The translations under genes were made by a program, and so were the position numbers. The notes below the pieces were generated by a model, which saw only the letters and a list, made by a program, of their open reading frames with translations, was not told the origin of the DNA and did no database searches. A DNA stretch of 63,419 nucleotides, the filler included, from Octopus bimaculoides (Eukaryota), in the NCBI RefSeq assembly GCF_001194135.2. It is 4 parts of 4 records of this genome, joined end to end, with 100 filler letters (N's around TTAATTAATTAA, not from the genome) between each part and the next. Parts side by side here need not be neighbours in the genome. Positions count along the whole stretch, not along the records: positions 41,810 to 62,288 come from NC_069002.1; 3 more parts are not named here. One strand, 5' to 3'. Shown piece by piece: positions 49,501 through 62,388 of this stretch (position 1 is the stretch's first letter; the number at the start of each line of letters is the position of its first letter).

Positions 49501-52500
49501 ACACATTCACTTAAAATACAAAACTGTGACAATGTGAAACACAACAGTTTATCAGAATCTTTGGCAATCTTTACATTCTAAGGTGTGCAACTTTCAGCTA
49601 GCTTAGGCTTCATCACAAGTGTTTTTGTTTGTTTGTTTTTCCATCTTTATATCCAGAAACACACACACTGCAGTGTGCATGTGTCTGTATGCGTGTGTAA
49701 TATACAGATATACACCATCATCACTTAAATGAATGTTAAATGAGGAGGATGATGTTTATAAATGAGTGTGTATAAAATGCAAATGTGCACACATTCTCCT
49801 TGCTAACTTTGTGCTTGTAGACCAAGTGTTATAGTTTTATAGTTCGCAGTCAATCTACCTGAAGATGATAAATTGCCACATGTGATTTTAATGTAGTAAT
49901 GTTCACTGGCTTTTATATCTGTCCCCCACCCCTCAAGCTAAGAAGGATTAAACTGATTATACATATTTGCTATATCTGCATCGTTTTACAGCTGGATGCC
50001 CTCCCTGTTGTTAACCCTTACTTGGGCTAAAAATCAAGAAATACTCTAAAATAAAAATCTAAAATGCCAACTGTTAAAGTGAAAATATATTGAGTTAAAG
50101 ATTGAGATACAATCAACAAAAGCCTAAATGTTGAAACTGTACATAAATATTTTTCATTTGACTAGTTTTAAATATTCTTTAAAAACATTAATTGCCTCCT
50201 TCCATCAAGTACTTTTCTTTTTCTCTCAAGAGATGTTTTCTTTCACTAAAAATATGCCACTTGGAAAGAATCTGAAGCATTTAGTTATCTTTCCATTAAA
50301 ATACACCAACTTTGTTTCAATCAAAAATTTAGTAAAATAATTTTGTCATTACTAAAAGCTAGTGTTTGGAACATAAATTAGCACAAAATTTTGATGTAAG
50401 ATTTTAGTTTAAATCACTTTAATTCTTTAGCATTCAGATTACTTCATCAAATGCAATGCTTATTTATGCACATTTTTTTCAGAACTAATCATGTATTATC
50501 TTGTGTCTGAGATTTCAAAGATGCGATTATTTATTTTAAGAATAATATTGCAAAATAGTTGTGAGAGGCCAGATCTGGCCAGTTTGAACATAAAGCAGGT
50601 AGAATATGTAGCCCAGTCTAAATGCTAAAGAGCTAAAACAAGAATTTTGTGTCCGAGAAACCAATGGCAGCTTTGGGAAGGTCAATATCAAAAGAATTAA
50701 ACAACAGACGGCATTCTGTGTTATAGACTTTGTAAAAATTTTCAGTAGTTTATGTTGATTCGCTATAAATCTATCAGTCATAGCAGTGTGCCATTTATTC
50801 ATTATATACTATGAAATACTTCAATCATTAAGCAGTCTTAGTATTCGACTGTCTCAAGCATAATAATAATAATAATAATAATAATAAAATAGAAGTTTCT
50901 TTTCTAAGTCAAAAATAGTTTAGATTTGAGCAGTTATTTATATTTTACCAACTACAAATGTGTCTCAACTTGAGACATTACTTTCAACAATGGGATGTTA
51001 CAAATGCAACAGTAACTGGTTGAGATATCTAGATTGCAGATTTGTTTGTGTGTGTGTGTGTGTGTATGTGTGTGTGTGTGTTATTTTAAAGTCAGTTTAA
51101 GAATACCAATGGAACATTTACTGATGGAGTGGCTCAATATTAAGAGTAGAGTCAAATTTAGTATAAAGTTCACACTGAGTGTGACCAAAGCATCACCAAG
51201 CAGGAATAAACCATTTAGGTGGAATTTGAAGTTTCAGTCAACACAAAATTTTATAATGCGTGTGCATGACAGAAAGAGAGAGAGAGAGAGATAAAGAGAG
51301 AGAGAGAGCAATGTTCTATCTGACCCTTTGCGAAAAAGGATTATCTTTGCTGTTAGTAAAAGCAGAAGATTTGCAATGTTCTTCGCACAACACTGATACC
51401 AATAGTTACCAATAAAAATTAGAATCCAAAGACAGTCACAATCAATCAATCTAGTTAGTGAATTTTTACAAAAATCTTCAATCCTAATTTGGTTCTAAGG
51501 TACAAAAGCTTGTTGACAACAGAGTTTCATGTCACTGATTCAATGCCTTTCAAGGTTTTCATTCTTGTAAAAGTTGGAGGAAGTTGACAGTTCTTAAGTC
51601 TGTGTGAATATCTCTTTTCTTGTTACTTCCATTTAATTCTCTTCTACTAAAGTTTAATTTTCCATTGCTGTTCTTCCATAAAAGTTAATGAGGTTCAGAT
51701 TCATTTTATACAGCTGCTTCTCAGAGAACCTTTTTGGGGGGATTTTACTGTTAAAACTGAATACAAAATTTGGAAGAAAATTCTAATGCAACAAATGAGA
51801 ATTTAAGCTAAATGCTCAAAATTTTCCTGAATGTTAAGTCAAGCACATTCACAAAACATTACTATAATTTTTTTTTTTTTTTAAATATTTCATTGGCTCA
51901 AAGAATTTGGCAAAAGGATCCAGAGAAGTGTCTTCTTCATCAAAAAACTGTTCCTTTGTTTCAGAAATGAAATAAATATAATTGAATCAAATTTCAGTTA
52001 AACTTAGTTTAAGAAATAATAGAAATTTCAACAGAGAATACAAGTTTAAACAGCATTTGAATGCGGAATTAAAGATTAAATGAAGGAAAAAATTGCATTA
52101 GTCAGTAATTAGCAAGAATTAAGATTAGAATTTGTTGTTTTTTTTCTCTTTGTTGAAATGGTAGGAGGGTGGGATGCTGATTTATTCAAACTGGTGAGAC
52201 TGATACAGTGGATGTTGAATTTGAGGTTCTGTAAATCAACACCTGTGGGGAAAAATGTGGGCAGGAAGCAATTCCAGAAAAATATATAAATTAAGGAGGA
52301 ATAATTAGGGCAGAGAGTCTAATGCAAAGTCTGCAGGATGCAATTCAGTGAATGTGTCAAGAATAGGAGCAATGAGATGAGATAGAGGTGGTATCCCGCT
52401 TCCTAAGTGAGAGGCAGCAGCTTTTGTTGAAAGAGACACAGAAAAGATAAAGTATATGAGTAGGTTAGGTAGTTAGGGCAAGTTTTTTAACTGCAGCTTA

Positions 52501-53623
52501 GAATGTCTGGAGTGTTAGAGCAGCAGGACTCCAGTGTGGGCTGCTAAAGGTGAAGGCCAGCAATTGATCAGGACTGAAGCATTTTGTAGCTCTGAAAAGG
52601 AAACTCAACCTTTTGGATATAATTCTGGTAATGATTGATGTGTGTGCATAAGAGAGAGAGATTGTTAAGTGAAGTGTTGTGGTAACATTTTGGTGCTGTT
52701 GAAGGAGACTAAGTGATCATATATCTCCATCAAGCGAAGTTTCCAAGGAGTTAGTTCATAGAATTGGTACGTGTTCAGCATCTAGGGTGCATTAGGATGA
52801 TGCAATGTGTGGAAAGTTAAATCGGTTTGAAGGGTGGCATCTCCATAGTAAATGTTTTTAATTAGTAGTAACACCAAGCAGATCATATTATCATATTTTG
52901 TCACCATTTCTTTGTTGAAACACACTGCACTTGTTGCAATTTCAGGCATTTTTTTTTTATTGCTTAAATAAAATTGGTGAGTGTGCATCTTGAGTGTGAA
53001 TTACTTGAAGAGGTTAGGGAACTGTTAACTGTTGATTTCAGAAAGATAATCCCCGTTAGAAGGACAAGCTATATGATACATGTAAGAGGACGAAATAATA
53101 CATATGACAGTTGAATGAAAGTAATGAGATCAAATAATGTGAAACAACAAGAACAAGACAGAGAGAGAAAGAGAGAGAGAGAGATAGATAGATAGACAGA
53201 GAGAGAACAGGGTGAGAGAAAGAGAGAACAAGGTGAGAGAGAAAGAGAGAGTAAATATGTTAAGATGAAAGTAATTATGTTAGATTCTGAGGAATGTAAA
53301 AGTAGCAGCTCAACAAGGACCTGGCAGGAGACAGAAAACCACAGAAAGTTAGTTCTTTCAAGTAAGATAATGACAAGCTCTAAAAGAAGTTGCTTTTTAA
53401 TAAAAAATTTGTACTTTGGATCTATTAAATACATAATGAAAATGTGATCATTAAAATTGATAACAATGGGTCACAGGTTTCAGTCAATACACAGTTGTGT
53501 TTTCAGCCAAAATACATTATTATTATCATTATTATTATTATTATTTACATTTCTATGTACTTCCACATTTCATTGTCCTATACCATCCCTGATGTTTTTT
53601 TTTTGTTAACTCTTAGTGATAAG

Positions 53624-53700
<77 letters not shown>

Positions 53701-54236
53701 GGCGGCAAGCTGCCAGAATTGTTAACACGCTGGATGAAATGCTTAACGGTATTCTGCCCGTCGTTACGTTCTGAGTTCAAATTCCACCAAAGTCGACTTT
53801 GCATTTCATCCTTTTGGGGGTCGATAAATTAAGTACCAGTTGTGTACTGAGTTTGATCTAATCAACTGGCCCCCTCCCGCTAAATTTCAAGCCTTGTGCC
53901 TACAACAGAAAGGATTATTATTATTATTATTATTATTATTATTTTCGGGCCTTGTGCCTAAAGTAGAAAATATTATTATTATTATTATTATTATTAACAG
54001 TTGAGAGAATGAAACAATGTACTCAACTGTTAATAACAATATTAATAATAATAATCTTTAATATAATTTACTCTACTGTTAATACGATTATTATTATTAA
54101 TATTATTAACAATTGTGTAAATTGTTTCATTTTCTCAACTGATAATAGTAATAATAAGAATAATAATAGTTTTTTTTCTACTCTAGGCACAAGATCCCAA
54201 AATTTTTTGGCCTCGTGCCAAGTATAGAAAAGATTA

Positions 54237-54267
<31 letters not shown>

Positions 54268-54308
54268 TATTATTATTATCATTATTATTATCATTATTAT
54301 TATTATTA

Positions 54309-54343
<35 letters not shown>

Positions 54344-57300
54344 AGCTGAGAAAATGAAACAATTTAGTTTCCGGTGAGAAGGAGGAAGGCTTGGTGTTTT
54401 TAGTCAAACACTTTCATGGAAAAAGTATGTCAACCGTTTGTCTTTACTAACTGTTGAGGAAGACCATTGTTAAATTCTTAAGATTTTACTCTTTCACTGA
54501 GACAATATCACCTTTAACCTTTCTAAAAAGTTAATGAGTGAAGGCACATGGTTTAGTGGTTAGGGTATTCAGCTCTTTATCATAAGGTCCTGAGATCGAT
54601 TTTAGGCAGCACATTGTGTCATTGAGCAAGACACTTTATTTCACGTTGCTCCAGTTCACTCAGCTGGCAAAAATGAGTTGTACCTGTAATTCAAAGGGTC
54701 CAACCTTGTCACACACTGTAACCTGAATCTCCCCGAGAACTACATAAAGGGTATACGTGTCTGTGGAGTGCTCAGCCATTTGCATGTTAGACTAGGCTGT
54801 CTGCTGATGTTGATCAGATCAACCGGAACCGTCGCCTCACCAACAAAGTGCCAGTTATCACATTAACTGAAAGCTGATAAGCCATCGACAAAAAGAATTC
54901 TTACAAAACATTTACTTAAAATTCATTACATTACATGTTTTCTACAAACTTTCAAATGTGACATGACTTAAATATTATGTTGTTAAGATAACCTAGTGTT
55001 GTGTTATGTAGAGATGAACATTTGTAAAATATTTTATACTTTATCTAAAATTAGAAATAATATTTTCTGCACTAATAATAATGTAAATTGAGACAGGCTG
55101 ATAACATCAATGAGTATATCACTTTTCAATGGAATTATTAATTACAGAAATAAATTCATTATATATATATATATATTTTTTTAAATGGTAAACTTTTGCA
55201 TGAGATCAAAATGTAAAGTTAACATTGTAGACGTTATGATAAACCAAGAAATAATTAAAAATAAAGATTTTTTTAAAATGGAAATTTCATAATTCAATAA
55301 AGTAAGTGACTGCTAATTAGAGAATATAAATGTATATAATACAAGATGAAAAAGTAGATGTTAGAAGCTCCAAAAATAAGTGATTAAAAAAAGAACAGAA
55401 AAACTGTAGCACCAACGTAGAAGCATTCTAAAGAGCCAAATCAGTTTTGGATTTGAGTTGTGTGATCAACTGAAGAATCACTAAATTGATAAACAACAGT
55501 TACAAAGAATAAAAAACAGAAAATAAGAAAATTTGGATCAATTCTCGAAATTTCTTTCTTTCAAACTGTCTCCTTTCTGGCCGTTTTCTGGAGAGGGTGG
55601 GGTGGGGGAGAATATGTTGAGACAAAAAAATAGAAAAATTGGGAATATTCAATGAAGATTAAAAACACTAACCCCAAAACAACTCAGCTGACTAGTTTTG
55701 AAACAGCGATTTGTGAGATCTTTGACTGGGGTATAGATCTGTAAAAACAGTTGAAATGATGCATAAAAAAAAAAAGTTAATAGAAAAGGTTAATTTTCAA
55801 AAAAGCAGCTAGAAATGGTCTTCAGAATATGTTAAAGTAGAAAAAGGAAAATAAACATAATTAAACAAAGGGGNNNNNNNNNNNNNNNNNNNNNNNNNNN
55901 NNNNNNNNNNNNNNNNNNNNNNNNNNNNNNNNNNNNNNNNNNNNNNNNNNNNNNNNNNNNNNNNNNNNNNNNNNNNNNNNNNNNNNNNNNNNNNNNNNNN
56001 NNNNNNNNNNNNNNNNNNNNNNNNNGCTGGTTTGTGTGCTTGCAGTTGTTTATAAGTACGATCTGCCTTTTCTAATAAGCTGTTGATAGTTGCAATTGAC
56101 TGAAAAAAATTTTTTTTTTAATATTTCCACAATTAAGCATCCAAATAAAAAAAATAATTTGCATTCTATGATCAACAAAATAAGGTTTTATAAATGTCGA
56201 AACACTAAGTGTTTAATATAAATTATTAAGGTGATCAGCTGGTAGATTCGTTAGCATGCTGGGCAAAATGCTTAGTGGTATTTCATCTGTCTTTATGTTC
56301 TGAGTTCAATTGAGGTAGACTTTACCTTTTGCCCTTTCGGGATCAATAAAAATTTTATCAGTTAAGCACTGGGATCGATTTAAAACCTCCCAAAAGTGCT
56401 GGTATTGTACCAAAATTTGAAACCAATATAAAGAATTGTCATCCCCCACACCATCTTAATTTATGAATAGGAAAATAAATTATATAAAATCATCATCTTA
56501 ATAATATTGTTGGTCAGTAATCTTTAAAGATAGAAGCAACAATCTATTTCCGCCAATTTTATTTCAATATTTCTTAAATAATTTCATTTAACAGACGTAA
56601 AATTTATCTTCTATAACAAAACATGAAGAACATTGGTTCCAAATATGACACTTTGCAAAGTCTCAGAGAGTTTAATAAGTTTACATACTTTTTTCCGATC
56701 ATCTTCATTTTCAATGGGATCAACAGCACAACATGGCTTGGCAGTCATCGTGAAGTCAAATTTAGCATATTTGCAGAAACCACAAGCATTACACAGAAAA
56801 GGATCTTTTTCATCATAGTTAATAGACCTACAAAAAATATAATAATTACTTTCTTAAACTGCTATCCATAAATCAAGCTTTATTTACATTATTTACATTA
56901 GACGGATATTTGTCTTCATCTTATTTGTTGTTAACACAGCGTTTTGGCTGATATACCCTCCAGCCTTCATCAAGTGTCTTGGGGAAATTTTGAACCTGGG
57001 TTCTCATTCCTAAGGTATTTTTTGATATTGTTATTATTATCATTAATCAGGTCATTGCCTGGAATCAAACTCGGAATCTTGGGGTTAGTAGCCTGCACTC
57101 TTAACCACTACGCCATATAGAACTGTATAAATCAAGCTATTTTCATGTGCAAATAAAGGTATAATAAATATCTTCTTTTTTTTTTTATCATTTAATCTAA
57201 GGAGAAGTGGCAGTGATGACAGTGTTTTACCGATGTGTGGTGCCATATGGGTGAGAGCAATAGTTGATGTACAGCTTCAGCTTATGAAGGTTGATGCCTG

Positions 57301-60300
57301 GAAGGCAGATGTGAGGTGGGGGGGGGTCAAGAGGTTTGAAGTGACACTCGAGAGGAATTGGGCAAAGTGTTTAGTCTAGGGTCTAGAGAGTGAGACAGTA
57401 AGGAGGATGGTAGGAGGAAAAACCGACAGAGATGCAACAATAGCTGCATCTTCTGAGGAATAGAAAACCAACCTTGTCCAACTCCAGCCAGCAAGTAAAA
57501 ACCATGATACTAGTTTTGTACTTGCTTGGATTGAATTGCAAAGACAGGGTACCAAAATGGTAAAGTAGTGTTTTGGGGTGTTGAGACTTGCCTGGGTGAT
57601 TAACTATTACAGTGGATGTCTGTGAGGATTAACTACTACAGTGGATGTCTGTTTAGGGCATTGTGTATTCAAGACAGAATTTCCCTGGATGCATGTTTCC
57701 TTCTCTTTGTAAGATGATAGGACGTGACTTGAAGAGGAATTACCAACTCATGGTCCTGTGCATCTTTGATGTCTTTAACTTCTGTTGCATGGGTGCAGGT
57801 CTATGTTGTACGACATGTTCTCTGGTGTTTAGCAGGTAATTTTATCTCGTTACATTGTCTGCCTACATCTTAGCTGGATGTTATGACTGATTAACATTGC
57901 TATTACCCAATTTATGCAGAATCCTCTCCTTCAAATTTGTTCAATACCCTATACTGGTCCTTAAGTTTTTCTGCCTCAACTTTATGTTGAAACACTATTT
58001 CAGTCATGAACACAAACATTTTTTCAGGAGTAATAAACCCAGAATCCCAGAATCACTAAGAGGATCCTTTCTTTAGCTTTTTTTTGCTTTTTTTTTTTTT
58101 TTAATATTTTAGTTCCTAATTATATGAAATAACAGCAGTTTCCTTACCTGCACTTATGACATTGAAAAACATTTTCTCCGCAATTGCCACAAACACCAGG
58201 ATTAGCTCGAACACTTGCACTGCACCGAGGACACTGCAATGTTTCTGCAGTAGCTTGTAAATTGTCATAGAAATCAGCATACTCAATCATTAAGTTACAG
58301 GCTACAATTGGAATGGGGAATTCTACCTAAAATGCAAAAATGGGGAAAAAAAAAAACCAAGTTCATTGATAAATGCAAGTAATTTATATGAAAACAAATA
58401 AGGATAAATAAAAATTAGCCAGAATAGAGTTTAAAAAAAGAAAGGGGTTGTGATTTCATAAACTACTTACTTTAACATCAGTTTGTCCATTTCCAAGTGT
58501 AACTCTACGAGCTTTGTGCCATAAACCAGGCCTGAAATCACAATTACAAAACTTCCTTACAAGTCAGGCAAAGTTATAACAAGCATGTTGATAATGAAGA
58601 TGTTTAATGAAAATATTTAAAGTTACATTATATTGTTTGTAAATTTAAAGAAATGAAAACAACAAATTTTTTTTTTTAAATTAGTACAGGTACACAACCG
58701 ATTTTCCAGCAAAAGAGTTCAATAGAATAGTTACAAGATTTTAAAATAAGTGCTGAGATTGATTTGTTCAACTGAAACTCGAGGCAATGCTCCAGCATGG
58801 TCACAGCCCAATGGCTGAAACAAGGAAAAAGACAAAACAACAGCAGCACAGAAAGAGTAAACATATTTACTTGTTTTTCAACTCCACCACAGCTTGTACG
58901 GATCTATTGTTGTAGTAGATATTCATTACACGCACCTACAAAACCATGAAACAATTGACGTAAATGAAAGGTTTCAGATAATGTGACTCTTTACATACAC
59001 GCCTTGACCTCCTTCACACATCAGACATTCATCAAATCTTGACCATTACTGTTGACAACACCTACTTCAATTTCCTCAACCAATTCTGCAAACAAACATT
59101 AGGCCTAACCTATAAGATTTAGTCTATTACACTTACCAGCTTTCACTTATATCAGTCAAGGGCAAAGTGTGGCCCGTGGGACTTTATAAATAGCATACCC
59201 ATGAAAAATTACCTTGAATTAATTATTTTTTTTTTGTAGTGCAGCCCACCTGATGATGAACTCAATCTGATGCGACCCACTTCTGAATAAAAAGTTGCCC
59301 ATACCTGGCTTATATAGACTAATGGTTCAACACCTGCCCCATCACAGGTCTTGTTCAACAAATATGTGAACGATATATTTATTCTCACACCTGCGAGCGA
59401 GCTAACTTAATATTTGAAACATGGATGGCTTTAAGATTCAGGACCAAAATCAGAGGGAGGTGCAACCAACACCAAATTTTACAGTAAAGCTATATGCCAA
59501 TATCAGTATCACTACAGACTAGCTGTCTTTATCAGTGCTAAAGTCAGGTAGACAAAAACATGAATACATATCCATCGCAGGTGCTGCTCAACAGAAAATC
59601 AAACCAACCATACCAAGGTGTTCCAAAAAAGGAGAGTTTCAGCTAGGTATCAACAAAACTGTGTTTAACATACCAAAGTAACTTTCTTGGGTGACTTCCA
59701 CCTTCCCAATCTCAAATAAGCAAAGGATCACATTCAAAACACATATAATCTGTATTGTATGTCCCCAACAAGGTTTTCACAGAATAACTGATCTTTTACC
59801 CAATCACTGGGGGAATCTCTAAATGTTGATTTTACGACACAAATGAATTCAGAATTCAATCATAATGTCAAAGTGACACCTTCATTTGCAAACAGATTCA
59901 TCCGTTGTGGTTTTTGTTGTTTGGACCGATACCTGCCTCAGACCTCTGACCAACAATGTGACAATCCTGTCTTTTTCCTCAGACGCAATTTACGAATCAC
60001 TAATGTAATTATTATGTGACAGGAGTCACAGGTGACTCATTGGAAAATTTCACAAAATGGCAAATACAAAATGGACACTTATATGATCCATGCAACACAA
60101 GCTAAAATAATAGTTAATTAAAACACTTAAAATAGCAGTTAACTGATTATCAATTAAATATGTTTCCAAAGTAAATAACGTTCAGTTTAATATAGGAAAT
60201 TTATACAACGATAAATTACTTTGATGTCGTTAAAAACATCTTAAAGTAACATGAATAAAAGTTATCTTTTCTCTTTAAAATTATTTTGAAGAACTTAAAG

Positions 60301-62184
60301 AATTTACCATTTTAGTTCTTTTCAGATCACTTATCCTAAGCGAGATCTTTGAAATGGTGTGACTGCCAACCAATTTTACAATTTGAGTTGTTGTAGTGAA
60401 TTTAGAATCAACTTTAATAGCAGAAAGCTTCAAGTTCTAAAACAGACAAAAAAAAAGGTGGATCAGAACAAAATCATATCCGTTAAAAAAATTTTTTTTT
60501 TTAAATGCATTCAATAGTTTAAAATTAGACATTAATAATATAACTTTCAGAATATGCATATTAAAAGTTAATTCAATCATTTGAACTATTTTACTTTACC
60601 ATTTACCTAAGTCATCATCATAGTCATCCTTTTTACATCCACTATTCCATACTTGTATGGGTCGGAAGGATCCTTTCCAACACAGCACCTTACTGTTGCG
60701 TTCTTATGTCATCTCTTAGGTGAGGTTCAATATCTTGAGGTTATCTTTCACTTCTGTCCCTGTCTTTCTTGGTCTTCCTCTTCCACAGTTTCCTTCCAAT
60801 TTGACATTCTGGTACTTCTTTACCCATCTGTTAATCTTCCATATAAACATGTCTGCACCAACACACTCTTCATTTTTGCACACTGCAACTGATTCCTTTT
60901 ACACCTCAACCACGTTCTTCATTATCATTTAACATCACACACACTCACCAAAATCATGCTTGCTTCATTTGTCCCCCCACCTCCACAATGTACTACATCC
61001 TCACATCTCATAAGCCAATCACTATCATACTCCCATACCCTTCACCTGAAGAGAGAATTCTCAGGTTGCCAGCAGGGGAGGTAATAAATTCCAAAACTTC
61101 TCCAACCCTCAGACCAGTAAAATATTTCAACAGTAATCTTATTTCTTCTAAAATAAATACATTACATTAAAAACAAAAAACGGCAAAGGGTCTACTTACT
61201 GCAAAAGGAACTTCTGGATTATTGCAGACAAGACAAGGATCACTCTCTAAATAATAGCCATCAAAATCAACCAAACCTTGAAGCATACTGCAAGAGACAA
61301 ATATTTACACAAACAGTTGGTTATAGCTGAGTAGACAAGATCATTTCGAAAATTTAATTGTGTCGTGTTATGGATACAGTTTAACCCTTTTGTTACCAAC
61401 CCAGCTGAAACCGGATCTGTCTTGTTTTCTTAAGTTTTGAATTAAAATCTTCCGCCAAACCTTAGTCACAATTTATGTTCTTAACACTAGCTGAATGATA
61501 ACTAAGTTATTTTACTAAATTCTTTGTTATATTTAAAATTAATTGAAAGAAACACAGAGCATCTCAACAGCAATATGGTAACAAAAGGGTTAAAATATAT
61601 AATAGAGAAACAATTCTTAACCTTTTGGTACCAACCCGGCTGAAATTGCCTCTGGCTCCGAGTACAAATGTCTTGTTTTCATAAGTTTTGAATTAAAATC
61701 TTCCACCAAACCTTAGTCACAATTTATGATCCTAACACTAGCTGAATGATAACTAAGTTATTTTACTAAATCCTTTGTTGTATTTAAAGTAATTGAAAGA
61801 AATACAGAGCATCTCAAAATAATTACAGTAATGAAAGGGTTAAAAAGTAAATGAATCTTCAAGTAATATAGTGTTGGCTTCTGTTTTATATTAATATAGT
61901 TTTATAGCAGAATGATGATGCATTTAGGGAGATGCCACAAATATTTGGAATTTAGAACATTTTCTTACTATTGAGCAGATATTATCATCACAGAATAATG
62001 ATTTTCATTTATTAAACAGGTAGATTTTTAATATGCTATCACACACTAAAATATATAACAAAAAGATATACAATTAATATTTATTCATTAATTCTTACTT
62101 ATAAATTGTGGCATTTGGATGGTTGGCTAATATCTGGTTTTCTTCCTTTAGAACAGATACTGCTTTTTCTAAATACTCTTGGAT
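43399..62184 (-). CDS. UBR4: E3/E4 ubiquitin ligase UBR4 (p600), internal multi-exon fragment
   Basis: 14 exons translate in the order of human UBR4, from [30 protein letters not shown] through [20 protein letters not shown] and YNLRRG to W..GDPK; all visible junctions are GT-AG. Confidence 0.97.
43690..43814 (-). CDS. UBR4: UBR4 exon ([41 protein letters not shown])
   Basis: 125 nt, phase 1 to 0. Confidence 0.94.
44050..44400 (-). mobile_element. SINE, related to family C
   Basis: tRNA-like head reads gtggctcagtggttagagcattggg on the minus strand; shares cagctgagtgaactggagcaacgtgaaataaag with the complement of 54540-54850. Confidence 0.75.
44490..44574 (-). CDS. UBR4: UBR4 exon ([28 protein letters not shown])
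   Basis: 85 nt, phase 0 to 1. Confidence 0.95.
44878..45290 (+). mobile_element. Old tRNA-derived SINE related to family A
   Basis: Family A-like head with a divergent body. Confidence 0.7.
45427..45609 (-). CDS. UBR4: UBR4 exon ([14 protein letters not shown]...LLCLLTRDN...NPDL)
   Basis: 183 nt, phase 0 to 0; corresponds to ORF 45415-45606. Confidence 0.97.
45730..46100 (-). mobile_element. Young tRNA-derived SINE, family C
   Basis: CpG-rich; head cacaatggcccagtggttagggcacc...gcggtttcgattacc on the minus strand. Confidence 0.85.
46885..47260 (+). mobile_element. SINE, family A
   Basis: Head, internal (TG)n and gtaaaagag tail. Confidence 0.9.
48352..48524 (-). CDS. UBR4: UBR4 exon ([19 protein letters not shown] plus Ser-rich linker)
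   Basis: 173 nt, phase 0 to 2. Confidence 0.92.
49336..49455 (-). CDS. UBR4: UBR4 exon ([40 protein letters not shown])
   Basis: 120 nt, phase 0 to 0. Confidence 0.94.
53700..53915 (+). mobile_element. SINE, family B, between (ATT)n arrays
   Basis: ggcggcaagctgccagaattgttaacacg...gagttcaaattcc; tail duplicated downstream. Confidence 0.85.
54540..54850 (+). mobile_element. SINE, related to family C
   Basis: tRNA-like head; body is the complement of the 45730-46100 body. Confidence 0.75.
56026..56099 (-). CDS. UBR4: UBR4 exon, 3' end lost in gap ([24 protein letters not shown])
   Basis: tttttttcag| acceptor, phase 0; runs into the N gap at 55874-56025. Confidence 0.92.
56689..56827 (-). CDS. 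UBR4: UBR4 exon ([25 protein letters not shown]...[16 protein letters not shown])
   Basis: 139 nt, phase 2 to 0. Confidence 0.97.
56880..57126 (-). mobile_element. tRNA-headed SINE carrying a decayed hammerhead motif, with a 12-bp TSD
   Basis: A box TGGCGTAGTGG, B-box-like GAGTTTGATTCC, hammerhead-like 56933-56978, (aatgtaaat)2 tail, and ataaatcaagct at 56868-56879 and 57127-57138. Confidence 0.8.
58148..58326 (-). CDS. UBR4: UBR4 exon ([20 protein letters not shown]...[29 protein letters not shown])
   Basis: 179 nt, phase 0 to 2; CxxC-rich zinc-binding region. Confidence 0.97.
58471..58531 (-). CDS. UBR4: UBR4 exon ([20 protein letters not shown])
   Basis: 61 nt, phase 2 to 0. Confidence 0.94.
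58871..58935 (-). CDS. UBR4: UBR4 exon ([22 protein letters not shown])
   Basis: 65 nt, phase 0 to 2. Confidence 0.95.
59153..59307. mobile_element. hAT (Charlie/Buster-like) MITE
   Basis: cagtcaagggcaa...gttgcccatacctg ends; 8-bp flanks acttatat and gcttatat (7/8 match, central TA). Confidence 0.75.
59330..60000 (+). mobile_element. Decayed CR1-like endonuclease fragment
   Basis: LGDFHLP (cf. the APE motif GDFN.P); otherwise heavily decayed. Confidence 0.4.
60308..60436 (-). CDS. UBR4: UBR4 exon ([43 protein letters not shown])
   Basis: 129 nt, phase 0 to 0. Confidence 0.96.
61200..61287 (-). CDS. UBR4: UBR4 exon ([29 protein letters not shown])
   Basis: 88 nt, phase 2 to 0; near-identical to recalled human [27 protein letters not shown]. 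Confidence 0.96.
61380..61823. mobile_element. Two adjacent TTAA-bounded MITEs (ttaaccc...gggttaa)
   Basis: Copies at about 61380-61592 and 61617-61823; homologous, in reverse, to the 5.2-7.0 kb array units. Confidence 0.85.
62099..62184 (-). CDS. UBR4: UBR4 exon ([29 protein letters not shown])
   Basis: 86 nt, ag|...|gt, phase 0 to 2. Confidence 0.92.
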
Positions 62185-62288
62185 CTGGAAGGAGGAAAAA
62201 AAAAAAAAAAAATTTTTAATTATAAAAAAATAAGTAAATTATCATAAAAATAAAATACTCAATGAATTTAACCAACAAAGCAAAATTT

Positions 62289-62388
62289 NNNNNNNNNNNN
62301 NNNNNNNNNNNNNNNNNNNNNNNNNNNNNNNNTTAATTAATTAANNNNNNNNNNNNNNNNNNNNNNNNNNNNNNNNNNNNNNNNNNNN
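62289..62388. other. Artificial scaffold linker (44N-TTAATTAATTAA-44N)
   Basis: Same structure as the linkers at 28094 and 41710. Confidence 0.95.

Noticed and set aside
57060-57120. tRNA gene
   Set aside because: A and B boxes are present but there is no cloverleaf 3' half; it is a SINE head. The same applies to the other tRNA-like heads.
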